Shown: piece by piece, positions 35,483-44,912 of the stretch
Numbering within the stretch: position 1 is the stretch's first letter
Layout of the letters: every line of letters starts with the position of its first letter
Source of the DNA: Candidatus Woesebacteria bacterium
Lineage (GTDB): Bacteria > Patescibacteriota > Microgenomatia > UBA8517
DNA: 64,000 nucleotides
NCBI GenBank assembly: GCA_013374835.1
Contig: CP055307.1
Span: 279,315-343,314, forward strand
Reading direction: 5' to 3'
The notes under the pieces: model-generated
Databases searched by the model: none
Seen by the model: only the letters and a program-made list of their open reading frames with translations
What the model was told of the DNA's origin: nothing
Translations under genes and position numbers: made by a program

Positions 35483-37636
35483 ATGGCCAGAAGACGAAAG
35501 AGGAAAACCAAAAGCGAAAGAACAAAAGGCCTAAAATTAAGGCTGTCTTTTAAAAAACATACTGTTTTGGGGATTATCCAGATCAGCCTCATTTCATTAT
35601 CGGGTTTAGTTCTTTTGTCTTTTTCTAGGCAAGGAAACGTACTGGTAAGGCTTAATGATTATTTGGTTTTATATTTTGGTTGGTCTTCTATTTTTATACC
35701 TTTTATATTGTTGTCACTGGGTTTTTCTTTTACAAAGCTCGTAAGAGTACCTTTGGGTGAGCCAAATGTTATAGTCGGATCGATACTTTTTTTTGTTTCG
35801 GTTGCTACTTTGACTAGAGCAGGATTTTTTGGCCGGTCTTCGTGGGATGGTGTCGTAACTTTGATAACGGCACCGGGTGCAGCCGTTGTTTTAGCGGGGA
35901 CTTCATTGACCGGAATAATAATATTTTTTAATACTTCGTTTGATAGAGTTCTTCTTGTTTTTGCGGCGTTTCTTAAGCTTTTGAGGAAGTATTTGGTGGG
36001 TGAGCCCGGGACAGCTTCGGTTAGTAGTAAAAGTATTTTTCAGAGGCGAAGAAGTGAGTTAAGGGTTGTGGGTGGAGGGCGGAATTATAACCAGCAGGAT
36101 GAGAAATCTATTGATTCTATTCAGGCAAGGCAAGTTAAAGAAGAAGGAAGCGACGAGCTTAGCCAGAAGCTTGTTAGTAATATGCCTGGGGAAGAGAGAC
36201 TTTGGAGTTATCCACCATTGAGTTTGCTTAGCGATACTCAAGTGGGTAAGGCCGATAGGGGGGATATTAAAGGAAACGCGGATACAATAGAGGAGACTTT
36301 GGGATCTTTTGGAATAAAGGCTAATGTAGTAGAGGTAAATTTAGGGCCGGCAGTTACTCAGTATGCGTTGGAAGTGGCTTTGGGCACAAAGCTATCCAAA
36401 ATTACAGCTCTTGAGCGAGATTTGGCGCTTTCTTTGGCTGCTCCCACAGGGACGGTACGAATTGAGGCTCCGATACCCGGAAGAAATTTGGTGGGTATTG
36501 AACTTCCGAATAGATCGCCCGAGTTTGTTCCTATGAAAAAGATGTTGACTTCAAGCGCAATGGGTAGTGATAAGTCTAAGCTTACTGTTGCTTTGGGTCT
36601 TGATGTCGCCGGCAATCCTATAGCTGCCGATATTTCAAAAATGCCTCATGTTTTAATTGCTGGGCAGACGGGATCGGGAAAGAGTGTGTGTTTGAACGCA
36701 TTTTTGTCGTCCATTCTTTTTAGGGCATCTCCTAGTGAGGTTAAATTAATATTGGTCGATCCAAAGCGTGTTGAGCTTACAGGGTACAATGATATCCCAC
36801 ACATGCTTGCTCCTGTAATTGTTGAGCCCGAGAAGGTTGTTTCGGCGCTTCGTTGGATTTTGAGTGAAATGGATAGAAGGTATAAGCTTTTTGCTCAAGC
36901 CGGCGTGAGAAATATTGCTGGATATAATGAAATGAGCGGATTTCAGGCTCTTCCTTACATTGTTTTGGTTGTTGATGAGCTTGCTGATGTGATGCTTTTT
37001 TCTCCGGTTGAGGTAGAGGATTCTGTTACCAGGATCGCACAGATGAGCCGTGCTACCGGTATTCATATGGTTCTTGCTACACAGAGGCCTTCGGTTGATG
37101 TAATAACAGGACTTATAAAAGCTAATATTCCTTGTAGAATTGCTTTTGCTGTGTCGAGCCAGGTTGATTCAAGAGTTATTCTTGATACACAAGGAGCCGA
37201 AAAGCTTTTGGGACGGGGAGACATGCTTTATCTTGCTCCTGATCAGGCAAAGCCAATAAGAATACAGGGTGCTTTTATTTCTGATAAAGATACACAGGCA
37301 TTAACTTCTTTTTTGAAAAATCAAGGTGTTGGGCCGCAATATACAGATGAGGTGGTTTCGATGCCAAAACCGGGGTCAACGTCTATATCTGGTGTAAATG
37401 CGGATGTAGATGAGCTTTTTAAAGAAGCGGTTGAAATAGTTTGTCAGTATGAAAAAGCGTCTGCGTCTCTTCTTCAGCGAAGGCTTGCGATAGGCTACTC
37501 TAGGGCGGCCAGAATAATTGACCAGCTTCAAGAAGCGGGTGTTGTTGGTGCTGCGGATGCCTCTAAGCCAAGGGAAGTGCTTATTAAATCTCCTTCTGAG
37601 ATATTTGGCTCTTCTGGTGAATCCGGTATATCTTAA
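35483..37636 (+). CDS. ftsK: DNA translocase FtsK/SpoIIIE
   Basis: N-terminal TM helices, PHVLIAGQTGSGKS, DPKRVEL, ATQRPSVDVITG and the gamma domain (SASLLQRRLAIGYSRAARIID). Confidence 0.97.
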   Translation: MARRRKRKTKSERTKGLKLRLSFKKHTVLGIIQISLISLSGLVLLSFSRQGNVLVRLNDYLVLYFGWSSIFIPFILLSLGFSFTKLVRVPLGEPNVIVGSILFFVSVATLTRAGFFGRSSWDGVVTLITAPGAAVVLAGTSLTGIIIFFNTSFDRVLLVFAAFLKLLRKYLVGEPGTASVSSKSIFQRRRSELRVVGGGRNYNQQDEKSIDSIQARQVKEEGSDELSQKLVSNMPGEERLWSYPPLSLLSDTQVGKADRGDIKGNADTIEETLGSFGIKANVVEVNLGPAVTQYALEVALGTKLSKITALERDLALSLAAPTGTVRIEAPIPGRNLVGIELPNRSPEFVPMKKMLTSSAMGSDKSKLTVALGLDVAGNPIAADISKMPHVLIAGQTGSGKSVCLNAFLSSILFRASPSEVKLILVDPKRVELTGYNDIPHMLAPVIVEPEKVVSALRWILSEMDRRYKLFAQAGVRNIAGYNEMSGFQALPYIVLVVDELADVMLFSPVEVEDSVTRIAQMSRATGIHMVLATQRPSVDVITGLIKANIPCRIAFAVSSQVDSRVILDTQGAEKLLGRGDMLYLAPDQAKPIRIQGAFISDKDTQALTSFLKNQGVGPQYTDEVVSMPKPGSTSISGVNADVDELFKEAVEIVCQYEKASASLLQRRLAIGYSRAARIIDQLQEAGVVGAADASKPREVLIKSPSEIFGSSGESGIS

Positions 37637-37651
37637 AGGGCGGAATAAAAG

Positions 37652-38278
37652 ATGAAAACAATAGGGAAATATCTAAAAGAAATTCGAATTAAAAAGGGGA
37701 TAAGCCTTGATAGACTTTCGGAGGAAACAAAAATTAAAAAGGAATTTATAAAAGCCTTGGAAAATGAAGATTGGGATAAACTTCCCGAGATGGCTGTTAC
37801 TATGGGCTTTGTAAAAAACATAGCGTCACATTTTGAGATTGATAAAGGTAAGGCGGCTGCTTTTTTGAGACGAGACTATCCACCTGAGCATGAGAGTTTG
37901 AATCCTAAACTAGATGCAACTGGAGGTTTTAGGTGGAGTCCTAGATTTACCTTTTTTTTGGGAGTAATTTTGATTGTAAGCGCTGCTGTTTTTTATTTGA
38001 TATTTCAGTATGTGCGTTTTAATTTGCCGCCGGAGCTTGTGATAGATACTCCAAAGGAAGGTGAGATTGTTGTGCAAAGGGTTGTAAAGGTTTCGGGAAA
38101 GACAGATTCCGGATCAAGCGTTGTGGTGAATAATCAGCCTGCGTTTGTTGATGATGAGGGTAATTTTGAAACAGAGGTTGAGGTTTCACCGGATACAGAT
38201 AAAATAAACGTTAGGGCTGTTTCGCGATCGGGAAAGTCCGTTTTGGTCGAAAGGAATATAGATGTTGTTTTAGAATAA
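37652..38278 (+). CDS. RodZ-like protein: HTH, TM helix and Ig-like domain
   Basis: TIGKYLKEIRIKKGISL..LSEETKI...IKALENE.W..LP, a TM helix and a beta-rich C-terminus; lies directly after ftsK. Confidence 0.78.
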   Translation: MKTIGKYLKEIRIKKGISLDRLSEETKIKKEFIKALENEDWDKLPEMAVTMGFVKNIASHFEIDKGKAAAFLRRDYPPEHESLNPKLDATGGFRWSPRFTFFLGVILIVSAAVFYLIFQYVRFNLPPELVIDTPKEGEIVVQRVVKVSGKTDSGSSVVVNNQPAFVDDEGNFETEVEVSPDTDKINVRAVSRSGKSVLVERNIDVVLE

Positions 38279-38280
38279 CT

Positions 38281-38541
38281 ATGGGGGATATTCAAACAGT
38301 TTTAATTTTAGTTGTGGTTGCACTTACTTTGCTTTTGATAATTGTTGGGATTCAGGTTGTTTTGATTATTGCCGATATGAGAAGGGCGCTTAAGAGATTA
38401 AACAGCATTCTTGATGATGCGATACTTGGTGGAGGGCTGATCAGCCCGGGAAGACTTACTGGGATTGTTGAAATGTTTAGAAGAAAAAAACATAAGAAAA
38501 TGAAGCAACATGGAGTTTCGGATAAAAGTTTGATTGAATAG
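38281..38541 (+). CDS. Small single-TM/coiled-coil protein
   Basis: Long hydrophobic N-terminus followed by an amphipathic helix; tightly packed in the operon. Confidence 0.65.
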   Translation: MGDIQTVLILVVVALTLLLIIVGIQVVLIIADMRRALKRLNSILDDAILGGGLISPGRLTGIVEMFRRKKHKKMKQHGVSDKSLIE

Positions 38542-38554
38542 TTTATAATTTGGC

Positions 38555-40351
38555 ATGAAAGTAGATGAGGTAAGAGCTTTATATCTTAATTATTTTAAAG
38601 CTCCACCCAGAAATCACAAGGAAATATCTGCATTTCCTTTGGTGATTGAAAATGATCCAACTACACTTTTTACATCGTCCGGGATGCAGCCTTTAGTTCC
38701 TTATCTTATGGGTGAAGCACATCCTTTGGGCAGAAGACTTGTGAATTCGCAACCTTCATTGCGTACTCAAGATATTGAGGAGGTTGGAGATAATAGGCAT
38801 ACTACTTTTTTTGAAATGCTTGGAAACTGGTCATTGGGGGATTATTTTAAGGAAGAGCAGCTTTCTTGGTTTTGGGAATTTTTGACCAAAAAGCTAAATT
38901 TGCCTAAAGAGAAGTTGTGGGTTAGTGTATTTGAGGGTGACGGAAAAATACCGAAAGATGAGACATCGTATTTTTTGTGGCGTAAGCTTGGGGTACCTTC
39001 TCGGCGCATATTTTATTATAAAGATAATTGGTGGAGTAGATTCGGAAAACCAGATGATATGCCTATTGGGGAGATGGGAGGACCCGATAGTGAGGTTTTT
39101 TTTGAGTTTGACGAAGTTAAGCACGATTTAAAGTACGGGAAAGAGTGCCACCCAGCATGTAGTTGTGGCAGGTTTCTTGAAATTGGAAATAACGTTTTTA
39201 TGCAATATTTAAAAAAGGATGATGGAGTTTTTTCAGAGTTGCCGCAGAAGAATATCGATTTTGGAGGAGGTCTTGAGAGGCTGACGGCTGCTTTTAACAA
39301 TAATCCGGATATATTTAAGATTGATGTTTTTGAGAAAATTATTAACGCTATTGAAAAGTATTCAGGCAAAAGTTATGGGGATAATTCTCGAGAGATGAGA
39401 ATAATGGCAGATCATTTAAGGGCGTGCGTGTTTTTGGCGGATTCGGGCATTACTCCTTCTAATAAACTTCAGGGATATGTTATGAGGAGGCTTTTGAGAA
39501 GGGCGGCTTTGATGGGGATGAATCTTAATCAAGATTTGTTTAATACTAAGCTTTTTTCAGATATTGTATTAACTGTTTATCAAACTTATGGAGGGGTGTT
39601 TCTTGATGAGACTAAAAAGGAAAACGCTGTTGAAATAATTTATGTAGAGATTGAGAAGTTTTCCAAAACTCTTTCGCGAGGGTTAAAAATAGTTGAAAAG
39701 CTTGAAAGAGTGGATGCAAAGACGGTATTTGATTTATATCAATCTTTTGGGTTTCCTTTCGAATTGATACAGGAGATTTTTGAAAAAAAGGGCTTGAATT
39801 TGGAAAGGAGTGCTTTTGATAGAATGCTTGCGGAACATAAAGAGAAAAGTAAAACTTTGAGTGCCGGAGTTTTTAAGGGGGGGCTGGCAGATTCAAAAGT
39901 GGAGAGCTTAAAGCTTCATACGGCTACTCATTTATTACATGAGTCCTTAAGGAGGGTTTTAGGGAAGGAAGTAGTTCAGAAAGGCAGTAATATTAATTCG
40001 AGCCGGTTGAGATTTGATTTTACTTATCCGACTTCCTTGAGCCGTGAGCAGATAAAAAAAATTGAGGCAATGGTTAATAAACAGATTGATAAAAATCTTG
40101 TAGTAACGTGTAAATTAATGCCTATTGAAAAGGCACAAAAGCAGGGTGCTTTGGCTTTTTTTAAGCATAAATATGGTGAATTAGTAAAGGTTTATTTTAT
40201 CGAAGATGAAAAAAGCGGAGAAGTGTTTTCAAAGGAGGTTTGTGGTGGTCCTCATGTTAAAAGGCTTTCGGAGATCGACGGACGTGTTAAAATTATTAAG
40301 GAAAAATCCGTTTCTCACGGAGTACGAAGGATATATGCTATTATTGAATAA
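38555..40351 (+). CDS. alaS: Alanyl-tRNA synthetase lacking the C-Ala domain
   Basis: DPTTLFTSSGMQP, HTTFFEMLGNWS, IDFGGGLER, GYVMRRLLRR and the editing motifs HTATH and CGGPH; ends after GVRRI. Confidence 0.96.
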   Translation: MKVDEVRALYLNYFKAPPRNHKEISAFPLVIENDPTTLFTSSGMQPLVPYLMGEAHPLGRRLVNSQPSLRTQDIEEVGDNRHTTFFEMLGNWSLGDYFKEEQLSWFWEFLTKKLNLPKEKLWVSVFEGDGKIPKDETSYFLWRKLGVPSRRIFYYKDNWWSRFGKPDDMPIGEMGGPDSEVFFEFDEVKHDLKYGKECHPACSCGRFLEIGNNVFMQYLKKDDGVFSELPQKNIDFGGGLERLTAAFNNNPDIFKIDVFEKIINAIEKYSGKSYGDNSREMRIMADHLRACVFLADSGITPSNKLQGYVMRRLLRRAALMGMNLNQDLFNTKLFSDIVLTVYQTYGGVFLDETKKENAVEIIYVEIEKFSKTLSRGLKIVEKLERVDAKTVFDLYQSFGFPFELIQEIFEKKGLNLERSAFDRMLAEHKEKSKTLSAGVFKGGLADSKVESLKLHTATHLLHESLRRVLGKEVVQKGSNINSSRLRFDFTYPTSLSREQIKKIEAMVNKQIDKNLVVTCKLMPIEKAQKQGALAFFKHKYGELVKVYFIEDEKSGEVFSKEVCGGPHVKRLSEIDGRVKIIKEKSVSHGVRRIYAIIE

Positions 40352-40359
40352 ATTACTTC

Positions 40360-42546
40360 ATGGATAGCAAAAAACAAGAATATTATTGGTCGCTTGCAAT
40401 TGAACCAGGGTGGATTCAAGCTGCAATTTGGACAATTGAAGAAAGGCGGGCAAAAGTAATGATTATTAGTTCTTCTGTTGCCTGGGGTGATGATACCGAG
40501 CTTATTGAGGCATGTAATTCAGCGCTTTCGTCCGCTTCACAGAATTATCCAGAAGAATTGATTGAGCCAAGTAAGACCGTTTTTGGTGTGGCTCCTTTTT
40601 GGGTTTCTGATGGGCAGATTAAAAAAGAGTATTTGGAGAAGATAAAAGAGGTATGTTCGAAACTTTCTTTGGAGCCATCGGGTTTTGTGGTTTTACCGGA
40701 GGCAATTTCTCATGCGATTAAGCTTGATGAGGGAACACCTTTTTCTGGGATTGTAATTGGTTATGGCAAGGAAATGCTTGATGTAACTTTGTTTAAGCTT
40801 GGAAATATTGCAGGTACTGTAAATATCGGAAGAAGCGTTTCTTTTGCAGATGATGTTATCGAGGGGCTTGCAAGGTTTTATACAGGCGAGAATTTTCCTT
40901 CAAGAATAATTATTTACAATGGAAAAGAAGCCGAGCTTGAGGAAGCAAGGCAGCACATTATTGATGTAGATTGGTTTGAAAAGAGTGAGGGTAAAGTGAA
41001 ATTTTTACATACTCCTAAGATTGAGATATTTTCTCCAGAGAAAAAATTAACAGCGGTTTGTCTTGCTGGAGCATCTGAATTCGGAGAGATAGAAGGCCTT
41101 GTGAAAGCGGAAAATGAAGAGAAAGAGAATTTACAAGTCGATGAGGATGTGGAAGACAGTAAAGAGATGAATTTTTCTCAAATAAACTCAGTTGATCCAC
41201 GGGATGTAGGATTTGTTTTTGGTGGTGATGTATCGAAAATAGAAAAAATAACTGCCGAGTCTGAAGAAGCGGGTGTGGAGCAGGAGTATATGTCTGAAAA
41301 GAAAAATGGTTTTTTAAAAAGAGTTGCAGGTTTTAACCATTTGCTGAGGTTTAAAAAACCTGTTTTAAGATTCCGAAGTTTTCCTAGGAAGGTGCTGCCT
41401 TTTGAAGGTTTGGGTAGGATTTTATTTATTGTATTGGTTTTGAGTCTTATAGGATTTTTTACGGCTTGGTGGTTTTTGCCGAAGGCTAGTGTTGTTATTT
41501 TTGTTTCTCCAAAGCTTCTTTCAGAGAGTGTCGGCGTTACTTTTGAGAAAGGTTTGGCTCAGGCTAATTATGATAAGTTTTTGTTGCCTGCAGAGACTGT
41601 AATTGTTGAGGTTAGTGGAAAAAAGACAAAAAATGCAAGCGGGACTAAGACGGTTGGCGATAAGGCAAAGGGTGTTGTAAAAGTTAGAAATGGAACCTCA
41701 TCCACTATCAAGCTTTCTGAGGGGACTGTTTTGATTGGCCCTGGAGAATTAAAATTTAGTTTAGATGAATCGACGTCGGTTTCTGCTGCCGAGAGCCCCT
41801 CGTCGCCCGGGACTGAGGATGTAAATGTTACTGCAGAAGATATTGGTGCAGAATACAATCTTGCAAAAGATGAATCTTTTTCGGTTGGCAATTATCCCAA
41901 AAGCGAAGTTGATGCTGTGGCAAAAGAAGATTTCAGCGGTGGCTCGAGTAAAGACATTGTGGCGGTATCACAAGACGATATTGATAAGTTGAAAGAGGAT
42001 CTTATAGATGAGCTTAAAAAACAGGGTATGGATAAAATTAGTGGACAGATAGGGAAAGATAAGATTTTTATTGAAGAAGATGGGGCTTTTGAGTACGAAA
42101 TTGTGTCAGAGGAGTATAGTCACAAGGTGGGAGAGGAGAGTGGAAGCGTGGAGTTATTGATGACTTTGAAACTTGAAGGACTGGTAATTTCAAAGAGCGC
42201 TATGAATGAGCTCTCAAAAAGACGGCTTGAGTCGCAAGTGCCTGAAGGATATACTTTGAAAGAGGAACAGCTTAATATAAGTTATTCTTTTCAAGGCTCT
42301 GGGTCTTCTTATTGGGATTTTGATGTTACTATTAAAGCAAATCTTCTTCCGCGAGTTGAACCTGATGAAATAAAGAAGAATATAGCTGGTAAAAGTTTTG
42401 ATAGAGTTAATGAGTATTTAGAGACGATACCTGGGTTTACGCGTTCCGAGATTAGTGTGAAGTACAAATTTCCTTGGATTTTTGGAGTTATCCCAAGGAT
42501 GCATAAGAATATAAATATAGAGACAATAGCTGATAGAAATGTTTAA
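40360..42546 (+). CDS. Bitopic membrane protein: degenerate FtsA/PilM-like N-domain, acidic linker, TM helix, baseplate J/gp47-like extracellular region
   Basis: The N-terminus has an actin-fold-like beta pattern; the TM helix is ILFIVLVLSLIGFFTAWWFLP; KAKGVVKV.N.....L..GTVL...KF....V...V.VTA..IG..YN...FSGG resembles baseplate-J. Domain names are by resemblance only. Confidence 0.6.
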   Translation: MDSKKQEYYWSLAIEPGWIQAAIWTIEERRAKVMIISSSVAWGDDTELIEACNSALSSASQNYPEELIEPSKTVFGVAPFWVSDGQIKKEYLEKIKEVCSKLSLEPSGFVVLPEAISHAIKLDEGTPFSGIVIGYGKEMLDVTLFKLGNIAGTVNIGRSVSFADDVIEGLARFYTGENFPSRIIIYNGKEAELEEARQHIIDVDWFEKSEGKVKFLHTPKIEIFSPEKKLTAVCLAGASEFGEIEGLVKAENEEKENLQVDEDVEDSKEMNFSQINSVDPRDVGFVFGGDVSKIEKITAESEEAGVEQEYMSEKKNGFLKRVAGFNHLLRFKKPVLRFRSFPRKVLPFEGLGRILFIVLVLSLIGFFTAWWFLPKASVVIFVSPKLLSESVGVTFEKGLAQANYDKFLLPAETVIVEVSGKKTKNASGTKTVGDKAKGVVKVRNGTSSTIKLSEGTVLIGPGELKFSLDESTSVSAAESPSSPGTEDVNVTAEDIGAEYNLAKDESFSVGNYPKSEVDAVAKEDFSGGSSKDIVAVSQDDIDKLKEDLIDELKKQGMDKISGQIGKDKIFIEEDGAFEYEIVSEEYSHKVGEESGSVELLMTLKLEGLVISKSAMNELSKRRLESQVPEGYTLKEEQLNISYSFQGSGSSYWDFDVTIKANLLPRVEPDEIKKNIAGKSFDRVNEYLETIPGFTRSEISVKYKFPWIFGVIPRMHKNINIETIADRNV

Positions 42547-42548
42547 AG

Positions 42549-43217
42549 ATGAAGAAAAAGTCAATAAAGTTTTTGGGAATAGTGTCTTTTTTATCTGGGA
42601 TTGGCTTGCTTTTTTATGTTTTATATCCTATTTTTTCTTATGAGATAGTAAGTAGTTTAAAATATCCTACTTATTTATCTCCGGTTCCTGAAGGACAGGT
42701 TTATGGGGCTGGTAAGCAAGATGTCGATTTTACAAAAGCAAGCAACTGGTTGCCCTTGAAAGAAACGAATTTTGATGAAGCAAGTGCTAAATATTATACT
42801 TTATCAATACCTTCATTGGATATAAAGAATGCAACTGTTTCTATAGGCGGGGAGGATTTATCTAAGTCGTTGATACAGTATCCAGGCACTGCTTATCCAG
42901 GTAGGCGTGGTAATGCTGTGGTATTTGGGCATTCTGTGCTTCCCCAATTTTTTAATCCCGAGGATTATCTTACAATATTTTCAACCTTACCTACTATTAA
43001 GAAGAATGATTCTATTTTTATTGAACATGACGGGATTACTTATGAATATAAAGTGGAAAGTTCGTTTGAGGTGCTGCCTACTGACATTCAGATACTTGAG
43101 CAGAATACAAGTGATTCGTTTTTAACGCTTGTAACCTGTGTGCCGCCTGGGCATCCGCTTCGTCCCAAAAGATTAATTGTGCGTGCAAGAGTTGTTCCTT
43201 TTGGCGAGAGGATATGA
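42549..43217 (+). CDS. Sortase (class D/E-like)
   Basis: N-terminal TM helix, LSIPSL, YPGTAYPG..GNAVVFGHS (His), LTLVTC (Cys) and RLIVRA (Arg). Confidence 0.92.
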   Translation: MKKKSIKFLGIVSFLSGIGLLFYVLYPIFSYEIVSSLKYPTYLSPVPEGQVYGAGKQDVDFTKASNWLPLKETNFDEASAKYYTLSIPSLDIKNATVSIGGEDLSKSLIQYPGTAYPGRRGNAVVFGHSVLPQFFNPEDYLTIFSTLPTIKKNDSIFIEHDGITYEYKVESSFEVLPTDIQILEQNTSDSFLTLVTCVPPGHPLRPKRLIVRARVVPFGERI

Positions 43218-43603
43218 TGAGAAATTATTTGGGTATTGATTATGGTGAGAAAAGAACGGGTGTGGCTTTGTCTTTTGGGAAATTTGGAGAGCCTTATTGC
43301 GTGTTGGAGCATAAAGATGATTTAGAACTTATCACAAAGATAATAGGTATTATAAAAGAAAAGAAAATTGATGAGATTGTGGTGGGTGTATCCGAGGGTG
43401 AGATGGGTGGAAAACAGAGGGAGTTTGCTAATTTACTAAAGCGTAAAAGTGGCAAAAAAGTTCATCTTGTTGATGAGACTTTAAGTAGTGTTGAGGCTTT
43501 AGATAAGGCTATTAAAGCCGGTAAGAGTAGGAAAAAAAGGAGAAATTTTTTGGATGCATATTCTGCCTCATTGATTTTGGAGAGGTTTTTTGATTATAAT
43601 TAG
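43214..43603 (+). CDS. yqgF: YqgF/RuvX pre-16S rRNA nuclease
   Basis: LGIDYGEKRTGVA, IVVG, VDETLSS and DAYSASLILE. Confidence 0.92.
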   Translation: MMRNYLGIDYGEKRTGVALSFGKFGEPYCVLEHKDDLELITKIIGIIKEKKIDEIVVGVSEGEMGGKQREFANLLKRKSGKKVHLVDETLSSVEALDKAIKAGKSRKKRRNFLDAYSASLILERFFDYN

Positions 43604-43610
43604 ATAATTT

Positions 43611-43817
43611 ATGATTAAAAGCGTAATTGCTCCAATTCAAGCTTGGCTTTTGAGTCAAGGAAAGTGTGTAGGATGCGGGCGTGAGCTTAGTAAGGGAAAG
43701 CTGGAAAATTTTAAAAAGGGATACAAAAAGGTTACTTGCAAAAAATGCGGCAGGATTTTTATTTTTGATGAAAAAAAGAAAACATATCGCAGGGCGCTTC
43801 TTGATGAAGTTTCTTAA
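43611..43817 (+). CDS. Small zinc-ribbon protein
   Basis: CVGCG...CKKCGR; it has its own promoter-like TTGATT-18-TATAAT and overlaps the mltG start. Confidence 0.75.
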   Translation: MIKSVIAPIQAWLLSQGKCVGCGRELSKGKLENFKKGYKKVTCKKCGRIFIFDEKKKTYRRALLDEVS

Positions 43818-44802
43818 ATTATTAATAATAGTTATTTTATTTTTTGTTTTATTTGTTAGTGGTTTGGTGTTTTGGTGGACAAATGCTACAGAAGCACCGA
43901 GTGTAGAACCTATTGAAAAACGATTTATTATTGTTAAGGGTTCTTCTGCTAAAGAAATAGCCGAAGATCTTTATGATCAGGGCTTAATTAAGAGTAAATT
44001 GGCGTTTAAAATTTATGTACAGTTTAAAGGTTTGTCAAAAAGTATACCCCCAGGTGAGTTTGATTTGAAGAATAATCTCTCTCTTTTTAGGCTTGTAAAC
44101 GAACTTTTATCTGGGCCAAGTGAGTTTTGGGTAACTATTCCCGAAGGATTGAGGCGTGAACAGTACCCAATGCTGTTTATCAAATCTTTGGGTATTAAGG
44201 GAGAGCGCGCAGAAGAGTTTGTTGAGAGCTTTTTGGAGGCTTCTGCCGGAATGGAGGGATATTTGTTTCCTGATACTTATCTTTTTCCCGGTGATGTTCA
44301 GGCTTTTCAAGTGGTCGAAGTTTTAAGAAATACTTTTGACAAAAAGTTTGACATAGGTACGCGTCCAACGGAGCTTAGTTTAGATGAAGTTGTTATTCTG
44401 GCTTCTATTATCGAAAGAGAGACCCGGAATTCTGACGAACGGGAGGATGTTGCTGGTGTTTATATGAAAAGGATTGAATCCGGCTGGACTTTGGATGCTG
44501 ATGCGACCGTTCAATATGCCGTTGCCAGCGAACGTTGTAGCGGGCGGGAATTAGAAGATTGTGATTGGTGGCCAAGGCCATTAACCAAAGAAGATTTGGA
44601 TTCTTTGTCGATTTACAATACTTATAAATATGTAGGGCTTCCTCCTTCTCCGATTGCGAATCCCGGTCTTTCTTCTTTGGAGGCGGTTTTAAATTATAGA
44701 GATAATGAGTATTGGTTTTATGTTCATGATTTAGAGGGAAATATACATTTTGCAAAGACGCTTAAAGAGCATAATGACAATGTAGACAAATATTTACGTT
44801 GA
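43804..44802 (+). CDS. mltG: Endolytic transglycosylase MltG
   Basis: TM helix, VTIPEG, EGYLFPDTY, LASIIERE, DATVQY, YNTYKYVGLPPSPIANPG and FAKTLKEH. Start moved to 43804. Confidence 0.95.
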   Translation: MKFLKLLIIVILFFVLFVSGLVFWWTNATEAPSVEPIEKRFIIVKGSSAKEIAEDLYDQGLIKSKLAFKIYVQFKGLSKSIPPGEFDLKNNLSLFRLVNELLSGPSEFWVTIPEGLRREQYPMLFIKSLGIKGERAEEFVESFLEASAGMEGYLFPDTYLFPGDVQAFQVVEVLRNTFDKKFDIGTRPTELSLDEVVILASIIERETRNSDEREDVAGVYMKRIESGWTLDADATVQYAVASERCSGRELEDCDWWPRPLTKEDLDSLSIYNTYKYVGLPPSPIANPGLSSLEAVLNYRDNEYWFYVHDLEGNIHFAKTLKEHNDNVDKYLR

Positions 44803-44822
44803 TGGTAACTTATAGTTTATAC

Positions 44823-44850
44823 TTGACATGTAATTTGTCTTTAGTATAAT
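44823..44850 (+). promoter_or_regulatory. Consensus sigma70 promoter of rpoBC
   Basis: TTGACA, 16-nt spacer, TATAAT. Confidence 0.85.
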
Positions 44851-44866
44851 TCAGACTAGGCGTACT

Positions 44867-44912
44867 GGAGTAGGCTAAATTGGCTCGCGACAGCGGGCAT
44901 TTTATTTACTCC
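44867..44912 (+). other. Long leader hairpin upstream of rpoBC
   Basis: Outer stem GGAGTAGG/TTTACTCC enclosing GCTCGC-gaca-GCGGGC. Confidence 0.6.

Noticed and set aside
40360-42546. Prophage or contractile injection system
   Set aside because: Only one baseplate-like domain is present, it is membrane-anchored, and it is flanked by housekeeping genes.
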